Shown: one piece after another, positions 46,445 to 60,910 of the stretch
Layout of the letters: each line of letters starts with the position of its first letter
Position numbering within the stretch: position 1 is the stretch's first letter
DNA from: the human T2T-CHM13v2.0 reference genome, Homo sapiens
Assembly (NCBI RefSeq): GCF_009914755.1
Contig: NC_060934.1
Length of the DNA: 64,000 nt
Strand: one strand, 5' to 3'
The notes under the pieces: model-generated
The model's database searches: none
The model's input: only the letters and a program-made list of their open reading frames with translations
Told to the model about the DNA's origin: nothing
Made by a program: the position numbers and the translations under genes

Positions 46445-47545
46445 AACACCCCACCCAAGGGGTTCTTCCTGCCCACTGCATAAAGAAAGACCATAGCATT
46501 GTGGTAGAAAAAGAGCTTAATAGACACGAGGCCGACCATGCCAGGTGGGAGATGGAGTGCATGCTCAGGTCATCTGATCCAAAGTCCGAAGCTCATAGGC
46601 TGGGGGTTTTTCAAACGCAGTTTGGAGGAAGGGGTGGGAGTGGCCAGGTAACAGGTGCTTGCTGCTGATTGGTTGAGGCTGAGATGAAATCATAGGGGGA
46701 GTCAAAGCTGTCCTCCTGCAGTCTGAATCACTTCTGGGTGGGGCTGTGGGAGTGGGGTTGGCGGTCCAGGTGGAGCCATGGGTGTCAGACATGCAAAAAA
46801 CCTGGAAAGATATCTCAAAAAGCTACAAATAGTGGTTGTATTAGTCTGCTCTCGTGCTGCTAATAAAGACATACCCAAGACTGGGTAATTTATAAAGGAA
46901 AGAGGTTTAATTGACTCACAGTTAAGCATGGCTGGGGAGGCCTCTGGAAACTTACAATCATGGTGACAGGGGGAGCAAACATGTCCTACTTCACATGGTG
47001 GCAGCAAGGGGAAGTGCAGAGTGAAGGAGGGGGAAAGCCCCTTATAAAACCATCAGATCTCGTGAGAACTCACTATCAGAACAGCATGGAGGTAACCACC
47101 CTCACGATTCAGTTATCTCCCACCGGGTTCCTCCCACAACATGTAGGGATTATGGAAACTACAATTCAGGATGAGATTTGGGTGGGGACACAGCCAAACC
47201 ATATCAGTGGTGTTATTTGCAGGAGTAATTGGGAAAGTTGAGTATCTTATAACCTCCAGAATAATGACTGACAATCGTTCATATCTGCGCCTTAGCAGGA
47301 CTCAGGCTCCTCTCCTCCCCCACAGCCTGATAGCTTCCCATTAGCTTTACAAAAACAGTTGAGTTTCAGGCAAGGTCTGTTATCATGTAAACTATAGCCT
47401 AAATGTCTCTCAAAGTTAGCTGGCCCCAGTAGCTTAGAAATAATTAAGGGAAAGGCAAGATAGGTGTTGGAATGGGGGCGTTAACTCAGACCTCTTTCAC
47501 TGTCATAATTTTCTAACTGATATAATTTTTGCAAAGGTGGTTTCA
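46445..47545 (-). mobile_element. LTR8-related ERV1 solo LTR interrupted by THE1
   Basis: Same TGAAACCACCTTTGCAAAAATTAT terminus; left boundary approximate. Confidence 0.7.
46837..47206 (-). mobile_element. THE1 (MaLR) solo LTR
   Basis: TGTATTAGTC...CCAAACCATATCA with perfect 5-bp TSD GTGGT. Confidence 0.88.
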
Positions 47546-47944
47546 TTGTCTTGAGTGCTTTACTAATGTTAACTTGTTTAACTATGACCATATTCATCCT
47601 TGCGCCTTTATTTCACATTTCGTGTTCAATATAAGGAATTCTCCCACTGACCTACAGAACAGAGGTCTGAGTTGACTCTCACTTTTCAAAACTTCTGGGT
47701 AACGGCAGTGCAACAAAACCGGTTTGGTTCTCTGATCCTTATAAATGGGGAAAACTCATGAAAAATAATTAGATGTATTGGAAACACAATAAATACTTTG
47801 TAAAAATTATAAATCAAAAAAGAAGCAAAAGCATATTATTTAGAACTGTGTTGGCAACCACTAGAAAAACATGTTAAATGTATGTTGAATAAATGAACCA
47901 GCAAGCTTAAAAGCAATGAATGTATAAAACCATCCATTGTGAAC

Positions 47945-48574
47945 TGTTACCAGGAAGGATTCCCGATCCAGATGCCGAGAGAGTTCTTAGACCTTGAGTA
48001 AGAAAGAATTCGGGGCAAGTCCATAGAGTAAAGTGAAAGCAAGTTTATTAGGAGAGTAAAGGAATAAAGAATGGCTACTCCATAGGCAGAACAGCAACTT
48101 GGGCTGCTTGATGAGAATACTTATAGTTATTTCTTGATTATATGCTAAAGAAGGGGTAGATTATTCCTGAGTTTTCTAGGAAAGGGGTGGGTAATTCCCA
48201 GAACTGAGGGTTCTTCCCATTTTTAAACCATATAGGGTAACTTTCTGATATTGCCATGGCATTTGTAAGCTGTCATGTGCTGATAGGAGTGTCTCTTAGC
48301 ATGCTAATGCATTATAATTAGCATATAAGGAAGAGTGAGGATGACCAGACATCACTTTCATTGCCATCTTGGTTTTCGTGGGTTTTGGCCAGCTTCTTTA
48401 CCGCAAACTGTTTAATCAGCAAGGTCTTTGTCACCTGTATCTTGTGCCAACCTCCTACCTCATCCTGTGACTTAGAATGCCTGCCCTCTTGGGAATACAG
48501 CTCAGTAGGTCTCAGCCTTATTTCACCCAGCCCCAATTCAAGATGGAATCACTCTGGTTCAAATGCCTCTGACA
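47945..48574 (-). mobile_element. MER41(B-like) 3' LTR
   Basis: Minus strand starts TGTCAGAGGCATTTGAACCAGAG, ends ...AACA; 630 bp; tandem TTCN3GAA. Confidence 0.87.
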
Positions 48575-50299
48575 TATTTCTCCCTTCCCTTTTACAAGGG
48601 AACGCCTAATCCAAAGGGTAGTAGAGGGACAAAGATCCATCTTCTGTAACTTCTTCAAGCTGAATAAGGGCTATGCTACTCCTACCTAACTATTATGGTC
48701 TCTTGTATTCAGGGTAGTGAGGAGCTCAGTCAGAAGGCATCACTATGGTGAGGGACATTCATAACTCTTGAGGGCAAAAGGTGATATCTGGAAGATTAAA
48801 AAGTATTCAATTTAATTAAACATTGAGTAAGCTTATCCTGCACTCCCACACGGAGTACAACAGCAATATATTCCACAACGGTAAAGCAAAATAAGTAAAA
48901 CTATCCCAAGTAAACTAAATTAGAAGGCTTTCCATGAACTCGGCAACAGCTGGAACTGGGCAAGCTGATATGAAGTTGCTGTACATGCTATATGTTCCAA
49001 TTAGAATTAGAATATTGATCCAGATTTTTACATTACCCATTTCTGTTATTTTTTTTCTGAGCAGCAGCCAGAGATCACTGGTTAGTTGGCAGGAAAAAGT
49101 AGGGTTAGTCTAAATTGCAAGGAAAAAAAAACCCTTAAAAATAACTGATGAGACTAGAATCTAATAACAGGTGTACCATAGTTGAAACATAACTTTTTTC
49201 TCTCTTCAGGCTCCCACTTTTATTAAAGACAAATCATGGTAAGACTGATTTGCTTCCAACTAAATAAATTTAGTTTTATACTTGGCCTGATTCTTCGTAA
49301 AAAGGGCAGCAAGAATAATTATTTTTCACATGGGGTTTTTTTTTGTAATTGGATTTGATGGATCTTTGTTCTATAAGGAATTTTAAATAAGACTTTTTTT
49401 AAAACTGAGCCCAGCCATGGGTTGCTGCCATCAAATACCTGTAAGTTGGGTAAATTCCTCTCCTCCTGAGGTCCCAAGATATTGGTGCTCCTGGGCCTCT
49501 CAGAAAGTTGCATTCTTTACTTATTACAGACCAAGAACCCTGTACAAGGACTGTGTAGACAAGGTATGAGGCCAGTTTTCCCAAGGGGCTTTTATTGTCT
49601 CTATAAGTCAAGTTTGATTCCTTGAAGCAGTTTGTTTATATTTGAAAGCATGCCATTCCAGTCAAAGGCTTGGTAAAATAATCAGTTCCTCCAACTGTGT
49701 CCTGTTGTAAAAGAAAACAGATTCTTACTGCACTTATGTAAATAACTATATTGCCATAAGAATACTCACAAATAGTTTCCAAATTCTGGAGAAATCAGGT
49801 AGAGAGAAATATGCTTCAAATTTTGTTTATAGGCATACTCAGCTGCTACAAGTTGTAAATAAAAGTTTTCTTGACTGTGAAAAACAAAACAAAGGATCAG
49901 CAACACTTTAAGAAAAAAAGTCAAAAAGATTACTTCAGGCTTCTATTAGTTTACTCCATGCAGTTGACTCCTGTTCTGCTTGATAGTCATGAATATTTCA
50001 GCTCTCCATGAGAGTCCTAAATGTTTTTTCCTCTATTCTAATGTCACAATCTCCTAAGTTATTCAGAAACCTGCATTTAAGAGCACCTGTCAAAGTCGTA
50101 TAGTTGATTATAAACCACCTTTTGAAGAGGAACAATACAAGATAACACTTGTCTGTGGATGACAAAAAACCTTAGGACAGTCACTATTAAAGTCACAATT
50201 GACTAGGAATTTTGGTTACTTTTGTGCATACAAAGACTTGTCATAATTATAATTATTAACAATATACACTAAGTCATACAAGAATTATAGGAGTTTCTC

Positions 50300-50659
<360 letters not shown>

Positions 50660-51100
50660 TTATAAAAATACAGCCCAAAGAAAGCCAAACACCATTTCAT
50701 ATTTGACAGTGCTTTCTGTATGATTTTTATACCAAATAAGCCAAATTTCACCATGGCATTAGTGCATTATTGATGTTAAACCAAATTCTTAATAAAACCT
50801 TAAAGACAAATCTATCCAATTTTAATGTCTGACCATAAGGTAAGATTCTCATAAATCTTTTATAACCCCTTACAAATTTTTGTTAAAGAGTAGATAAGTG
50901 CTCTAAGAAAAACCTGTTGTGTTTTTATTCCAATGTTCAATTTATGAAAAAACCGAATAATTCCCCTTTAACTTTAGCCAATATGTTCACACACAGAATT
51001 TCTTTTACAATATGCATTTTTCACAAACCTCCCAGCACTTGCTCAAACCTTCAGCTTTATCCTATCTAACTTAAACCAATCCTTTAGCCCTCTAAACTAG

Positions 51101-51535
<435 letters not shown>

Positions 51536-54265
51536 TATATCTCTAGTAGTCTTAATTACATGTTACAATGTTAACTCTTAGCAACTTTTATTTTTGGTGA
51601 AAAACCTGGTAAGTGATTCTAATTATGTACCAGCTTTGGAGCTTAAGACACCAGACAGAAGTGTAGATAAGGTCTGACTCTTTCTAGCATAGCCAGGAGG
51701 CATGGCTAACTCCACATGTCCTCAGGCCTTACTTAGAATCTAATGGCTCCAAAGCAGGTACTAGAACAATTTTTAAAAGTGAAAGAAGCAATTGACCTTA
51801 AAGTATTCAGCAACCAGTGTAATTTAGACCAAATGTTTTAATTTTACCAATAATCTGTAAAACTGTCTTTATTTCCCAAAGATTAAATCAAATAATCTTT
51901 GGGAAATACAGATTGCTTGATTGATTTAAGCTCTTATTATTTTTAAGCCAATTAATCAGAGCTCTTTCATTTATACATATCACACATACAACACATTTAA
52001 ATAGACAGACAGATCTAGTAGTTGTAAGATTTTTCATTTGCCAGCTTTTAAGTTTCTCTTTAAAGTGTGCAATTTCTAGGGCCTAATAAGCAGGCACAGC
52101 TGGAAGGCAAAACAGATTCCCCAAAATTTTGGGTCCCATTTTTATACCAGATCCTGGATCGCAAAAAGAGGAAATCAGGCCATTTCCCATGGGAGTCTTA
52201 TCTCTCAGTAGTGAGTGGGTATATTTCCATATCTTCCAGGGGGCCAAGAGCATGTTTCTCTGATCCAAATGTGCAAAGAGTTGAGTATCCCCCCATAACT
52301 GTCATTAGCCATCCCTAAAAGTGCATTTCCTCCCTTGTTATTATACACTAAAGTTCTCTCACAGGGCAAATTTCTGATACCCCCAAAAGTCAAAAACATC
52401 AGATAATGCAATGCAAAAGAGAACAGAGCCTTATATTTTAGAGGGATCTCTCCACTTTCGATTCCTGGGATTTTATGAGGAAAACAGAGATTTTTCCCAA
52501 AATGAGGTCGTGGCACCTCCTCTGTTTTTCCCAAGAAGTCCCATGCTGCTAGAAATTCTTAGGTCCTCTCATGTGTGCATCAAGAATGGCAAGAAGACAA
52601 AATGGAGAAAAACAGTTCATTCAACTGAGAAGAAAAAAAAACCTTTTTTCCAGAAAAACATCTTCCAAGAAGAGAAGAAACATAAAGTTCTTTTAAATAT
52701 ATGTAAAGCTTGGCTATCCACTTTTAATTAAGCTAACTTTTAACCATACCACTCTTTTTAAAAAGTCCTTTTAAATTTCTTGTTACTGATCTCACCCAGG
52801 CCAAATGGCCAATATTTCTGGCTTTTGAATTTTACCAACAGTAACCTCTCAGGCAAAACCAGTAAGCCTTAACTAAGGTTATAACTTAACCACGAGTCAA
52901 CGAGTTTTTTTCAAAGAGATGGTTAGCAGTTTTTACAAAATGTAAAATCTCCAAAGGTAGCTCAGAGAAAGGAAAATTCAAGAAGGAAGTCAGAAGTTGT
53001 TCACAGAGGGGCAGAGAATCAACAAATGGCAACATTCACACAGATATGAACCAAAAAGTACTCATTCCCTAGGCCAGGAATTGAACCCTGAACCCGGGCC
53101 CCCATTGTGAAAAGACAAAGCCTTAGCCACTAAGCTACAGCACTGGACAGTTTCTGTTACTCTTCCCAGAAGGAGCCTAGAAGCAGCCAATTCTTAGCTT
53201 GCAAAAACTTTTAACTGCTCAAGACAATTTTTAAGGCTATGACATGAATTCCAAAATTCCTATTCTCCGGATGGTGGAGAAAGAGAAACTACTGCCCCGC
53301 AGTTACAAGATCAAGCTCCCAAGAACGTAGAACAAGATGAGAGGGAAACCTCATCCAGTTTCATTGTTTCAGGGACCTGCAGCAAAGTTTGTTACTGACC
53401 AGCTTGCTGGAGTGTGTTGAACAGTGGTTTTATGGGATACTAAGCCCATGTTCTCTCCTAAGATACTCTTCTTTATGACAGAATGATACAGAAAGACAAA
53501 TTTATAGCACAAAATACATCAGATTCACTACAGCTTAAGACTAGCCTCAGAAATCCTTTTTCTCATTAATTAAAATTGCAAGAGATAATGCAAGAGATGG
53601 TGATTTTTACCATTCCTACAACAAATTTGTGCAGAGAGATAGGAAAAGGAAGGGAGAAAAGCATTGCCTGCAGTGGGGTAGGGAAGGCAAAGAGCTCATG
53701 GAGGCCAGAGAAAGACCCACCCATTGCAGTGACACTGAACCAGAAGTTCAGGTGGCCACTTGTCAGCCACAAAGGGATATTTTCCAGCATGCCCATCAGC
53801 TCTCAATTGTCCCCCTTTGGGGAGGAAAAAGCTCCCCATGTCCCATGGTCCTGTACATGCTTAATTCTGTCACCCACAGCCATCAGCAAAGAATGCAAGA
53901 CAGATTAATCCAGAGAGAATAATAGTCAACATCCTGCAGGGCCAAATCCATTTTTAACCAAGAAGGACTTTACTGACAGGGGCCTCTAACCCCCTAAATC
54001 TTAGGAAGGACTCTAACCTTCCTAAGTTGGGCCTCAAACCCAAGTTCAGTCAAGCATCCTTGCCTTTTATTAAGAGGGGCCTTTAACCCTCTCTGTCTTA
54101 GGAGAGACTCTAACCTTCCTAAGTTAGGCCTCTAACCCAATCTCATCCTTTACCTGAGTAAAATGTACCCCACCATGTACCCAAAGTTAGCCAATTGGTG
54201 CTGCAGTCTATTTCGTTTGGGTCAGGGTCTCCTCAGTATAGTCCCTTTGTGGTTCACCAGGAAGA

Positions 54266-54884
54266 TGTTGCCAGAAAGGGATGTCAATCCAGACCTCAAG
54301 AGAAGGTTCCTGGATCTTGTGCAAGAAAAAATTTGAGGCAAATCCATAGAGTAAAGTAAAAGTAAGTTTATTAAGAAAGTAAAGGAATAAAGAATAGGCA
54401 GTGCAGCCCCAGGGGCTGTTGGTTGCCCATTTTTATGGTTATTTATTGATGATATGCTAAAAAAGGAATGGATTATTCATGAGTTTTCTGGGAAGGGGGT
54501 GGGCAGTTCCCAGAACTGAGGGTTCCTCCCCTTTTTAGACCATATAGGGTAACTTCCTGACATTGTCATGGCATTTGTAAACTGTCATGGTGCTTGTGGG
54601 AGTGTCTCTTAGCATGCTAACACATTATAATTAGTATATAATGAGCAATGAGGATGACCAGAGGTCACTTCACCACCATCTTGGTTTTAGTGGGTTTTGG
54701 CTGGCTTCTTTACTGCATCCTTTTATCACCAAGGTCTTTGTGACCTGTGTCTTGTGCTGACCTCCTGTTTGATCCTGTACTTACAAATGCCTAACCTCCT
54801 AGGAATGCAGCCCAGTAGGTCTCAGCCTTATTTTACCCAGACCCTATACAAGATGGAGTTGCTCTGGTTTAAACACCTCTGACA
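54266..54884 (-). mobile_element. MER41(B-like) 5' LTR
   Basis: Minus strand starts TGTCAGAGGTGTTTAAACCAGAGCAACTCCATCTTG; followed by PBS. Confidence 0.87.
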
Positions 54885-55931
<1,047 letters not shown>

Positions 55932-56234
55932 ATTGCAGTACATGGTGCTCCATAGAGACTAAGCCAGGACAAGTGAGAGCCAGATGGGCACTGGGAGAAA
56001 AAACAACTAAATGTGGACAAAGGAGACCCTAAGAAGCTGAGAGGCAAAATGTTATCATGCATTCTTTGTGCAAGCTTGCCTGGAGGAGCAGAAGAAGAAC
56101 ACAGACGCTTCAGTCAGATTCTCAGAGTTTACTAAGAAGTGATCAGAGATGCAGAAGTCCATATCTGCTAAAGGGAAAGGAAAATCTGAAGACATGCCAA
56201 AGGCAGACAAGTCCTGTTATAAAAGAGAAATGAA

Positions 56235-56632
<398 letters not shown>

Positions 56633-56719
56633 TTATTCTATTCCATCACCCCAGAGTCAAAGGAAAACACCTGGACTATCCTTTGGGGATGTTGCAAAGA
56701 AGCTTGGAGAGAAGTGGAG

Positions 56720-57149
56720 TTGGCTTGAAAGGAAGCGGCTGAGGCAAAGTTAATATAAGTAGAGAGTTTATGTGGGCCAAGCTTGAGGACTGCAATCTGG
56801 GAGCACAGATTCAAGTTGTCCTAGATATACAGTCTGTTAAAAGTAGGTTTTTAAAGGAAAAGAAGACGAGCTTCTTAAGTTGTTTACCAAGAATTTACAT
56901 TAAAATAACATAAGCTATTGATTGTCTATATATTGTTCTGTGTGTAGGAACATGAAGATAATTCAAATTCCAAGAACATGAAGATAACGGGTGAGGCAGA
57001 TAGTCAGGAACAAGGAGTCTTTAAACAATTGCCCTCGGGCATGGGTGTAGAGGACATGACTAAAGTCTCATACTTATGTCTCTGTGGACCGGATGAATTT
57101 TGCATACTTCACATAGCTCAGAATGCTCTAAGCTATTTTTCTTTTCTCA
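56720..57149 (-). mobile_element. ERV1/MER4-group solo LTR inside the HMGB1 pseudogene CDS (subfamily uncertain)
   Basis: 430-bp insert splitting HMGB1 E-M-W/N-N-T codons; flanks GGAG/GGAA; minus start TGAGAAAAGAAAAATAGC. Confidence 0.65.
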
Positions 57150-57763
57150 GGAATAATAATACTGCTGCAGATAACAAGCAGCCTTAGGAAAAGAAGGCTG
57201 AGAAGCTGAAGGAAAAATACAAAAAGGAAATTACTGCATACCAAGCTAAAGGAAAGCCTGCCAAAAAGGGAGTCATCAAGGCTGAAGAAAGTAAGAAAAT
57301 AGAAGGAAGATGAAGAGGAGGAGGAAGAAGATAGAAGATGAAAATGATGATGAATAAATTGGTTCTAGTCCAGTTTTTTTTTTCTTATCTATAAAGCATT
57401 TAACCCCTGTGTATACAACTCACTCATTTTAAGGGAAACAATTGAAATGTGTAAGATTTGTATTTAAACTATACAGTGTCTTCCGTTTGTATAGCCGACC
57501 CACTATCAAATTTGTCTTTAGATAGCCTTGATGGTATTTTCAACAGACTCTAACCTTGCCTGGTACAATATGGGAGTTGTAAATTGGCATGGAAATTTAA
57601 AGCAGGTTCTTTGGTGCACAGCACAAATCAGTTACATGTAGGAATGATGGTTTCTTCATCTTCAGTTTGCTCTGATATGGCTTGTATGAAATAATTGTTT
57701 GTTAACTGAATAACACTCAGTAATTGCAAAAAAAGAAAAAAGAAGAAGAAGTTGCTGCTAATT

Positions 57764-58474
57764 TGTAACTGCCAATTGGTTCTTCTTGCCTACTGTCCAG
57801 ATGAAACCAGTTTAACAAGACAGGGGAATTGCAATAGAGAAAGTTTAATACACGTAGACCCAGCTAAATGGGAGACCATAGTTTTATTATTACTCATATC
57901 AGCCTCCCCAAAAATTTGGAGGCTAGAGTTTTTTAAAGATAGTTTGGCAGGTGGGGGACTAGAGACTGGGTCCTGCTGATTGGTTGGGAATGTAATCATA
58001 TGGGTGTGGGAAAATGGTCCTCATGTGCTGAGTCTGCTTCTGGCAGGGTACGTAGGACTAGCTGTCTTCAGTGGCAGGTCTGGATGGAGCCATCTCGTTA
58101 TGAGAAATGCGAAAGTCTGAAAAGACATCTCAAAAGGCCAATCTTAGGTTCTAAAATAGTGATGTTATTTACAGGAGTAATTGAGGAATTTACAAATCTT
58201 GTGACCTCCAGAACAATGGCCGGTAATTGTTTAACTACGCCTGCATCTTAGCAAGATTCAGGCCACTCTCACAGTCCTAATCTTGTGGACTTTTATTAGT
58301 TTTACAAAGGCAGGTTAGTTTTGGGAAGGGCTCTTATCAGCTAAACCATAAACTAAATTCTTCCCAAAGTTAGCTTGGCCTACACCCGGGAATGAACAAG
58401 GATATCTTAGAAGCAAGATGGAATCAGCTATATCATAATTTAATTACTGTCATAATTTTGCAAAGGTGGTTTCA
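57764..58474 (-). mobile_element. LTR8-like solo LTR inside the HMGB1 pseudogene 3'UTR
   Basis: TG...CA termini; TGAAACCACCTTTGCAAAATTATG start; HMGB1 UTR is contiguous on both sides. Confidence 0.8.
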
Positions 58475-58552
58475 GTTTTGTTGACATTCTGAATGCTTCT
58501 AAGTAAATACAGTTTTTCATTAGTAAAAAAAAAATATGATTCCATTGAATCA

Positions 58553-58583
<31 letters not shown>

Positions 58584-58584
58584 G
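58553..58584. repeat. (TG)n microsatellite
   Basis: Seen directly. Confidence 0.95.
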
Positions 58585-59182
58585 TATAGTGGAAGGGTGA
58601 AAGGTAGGAATGAGGAACAGTCCCCTAACTTTTTAGTCCCACCTCTACCATGGTGTTCTGTGCTTTTTTTACTCTTTTTCTCATTGTTTCATATATTCTG
58701 TCCAACTTTTTCTCTGCCCTGACTTTTTGTCAAGATCTTCCCTGCTTAATTTGGGCATTGTTTTTTGGTAATCTTTTAGAGTCATTTTGATAATCTCCAA
58801 CAATCATCTTACACTTCAAAGCTGATCTAAAAGATGGATGAGCAAAGATCTGCTCAAACTTTAGAAGAAGACATGGGCTGATCTCAGAGTACCTTAATTT
58901 CAGCAGCTCCACTATTTCAATGTAATTTTATCATTAATAACCAGCATTGTGATTAATATGTGCAGTTATACATGAAAGAGATTTTGAAGGAAATTGTAAT
59001 GATTCTGAACACAAGAGGAAAAGTTATTGCTGATCTATTATTCATATCAGAGGAAACTGACTGCAAGTGTAAATATAAATAAGAATGTAGCAACAGTAAA
59101 GAATAACCTGAGGGCATGGACATGTTTTCAGGATATTTAATTCCAGATAAAATATGTAGAAAGAAAATATAATCATATAATC

Positions 59183-59913
59183 TGTATTAGTCAGGGTTCT
59201 CTAGAAAGATGGAACCAATAGGATAGAGACAGTGAGATAGAGATGAAGATAGAGATAGAGATAGATAGAGATAGAGATAGAGATAGAGATGATAGAGATA
59301 GGTAGAGATAGAGATAGGGATGGGGGAGGGATATGGGCAGGGATAGAGATAGAGATAGCTGAGATAGAGATAGAAATAGAGATAGAGACATAGAGATAGA
59401 GATAGAGATGATAGAGACAGAGCTAGGGATAGAGATAGAGATGTATGAGAAGGGATTTACTAGGGGAATGGGTTCATGTGATTATGGAGGCTAAAAAGTC
59501 ACACAACAGACCATCTGCAAGCTGAAGACCCTGGGATAGGTCTAAATCCTAAAGCCTAAGAACCTGGGAAGCCAATGGTTTAACTCTCAGTCTGAGGCCA
59601 AAGGCCTGAAAACCCAGGAGGCCACTGTCATAAGTCCTGCAGTCCAAAGGCTGGAGTTCTGATGTCCAAGACCAAGTGTGTCCCAGCTCTGAGAGAGACA
59701 GAAAAGAATTCACCTTTCTTCTACCTCTAGCCAGGTCCCTAGCCAATTGGATGGGGCCCACCCACAGTGAGAGGGGATCTTTCCCATTCAGTCCACTAAC
59801 TCACAGCCAATCTCCTCTGGAAACACCCTCACAGGCACACCCAAAAATGATGCTTTGCCAGTTCTCTAGATATTCCTTAATCCGGTAAAATTGACCTAAA
59901 ATCAACTATCACA
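59183..59913 (-). mobile_element. MLT2 (ERVL) solo LTR containing a (GATAGA)n array at 59221-59442
   Basis: TGTATTAGTCAGGGTTCTCTAGA...ATCACA; TSD TAATC/TGATC. Confidence 0.82.
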
Positions 59914-60599
59914 TGATCTTACTGTACTGTATACCATGGGGCAATTGTAATTGTTTGTTCTTTAATTGTCAGTGTCACTCCCTTTAAAATTAGCCTACTC
60001 TCAGGAATTGCTATTCAGCAAATGGCTGTGAGAGAGACCAGAATACCACCTAATGGATGTGGGCATTTTCCATTTCAACAGATTCATTTTATTGAGTGGC
60101 TGCTTGGAGCTAGGTACTCTGATGGTTGTGGGGGACATGAAATGAACAAGGCAGACAAGGTCCCTACTCTCATGGCACTTGCATTCTAGCAGAGGAAGAA
60201 AATTAAAAGTGCACTATACAAATCAAATATATAAAGTAATAAATGCTATTGAGGAACATAAAACAGAATAACAGAGAACAAGTGCCTCTTTGGTGGGTAT
60301 GAAGTGGTCTCTTAATATGAGACATTTCAACGGTGGTCCAAATAACAGGAAGAAGATAGCTGTAGGAAGATCAGGCAGAAGAAGATTCTTGACAGGAAGC
60401 AGTAGTGTGAAGGGGTAAGGCACAAAGTTGGCAAGTTTTCAGACTAGAAATTAGGACTCTGACTGAAGCCAAGATAGAAAGGGGCCAAATATCTAGAGCT
60501 CTGTAACCTAGGCATGAAATTTGATTCTAAATGCAAATCAAATCTGTTGGAGGGTTTTAAGTAAGGAAGTGACACGATTACATTTACATTTTTAAAATA

Positions 60600-60910
60600 T
60601 TCTGGCATAAGGATGGTCATATAGATCAATGGGACAGAATTGACAGTCAAGAAATAAACTCATATATCTATGCTCAATTCATTTTCAACAAGGGTGCCAG
60701 GACCACTCAATGAGGAAATAATTGTCTTTTCAACAAAAGATCCTGGGACAAGTGGATGTCCACATGCAAAAGAATGAAGTTCAACCCCTACCTCACACCA
60801 TATACAAAAATTAATTCAACATGGATCAAACACCTAAATGTAAGTGCTAAAACTCTTAGAAGAAAACCTAGGGGTGAGTCTTTATAACCTGGAGTTTGGC
60901 AATGGATACT
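60600..60910 (+). mobile_element. L1 ORF2 fragment
   Basis: atagatcaatgggacagaattg...cctacctcacaccatatacaaaaattaa. Confidence 0.8.
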
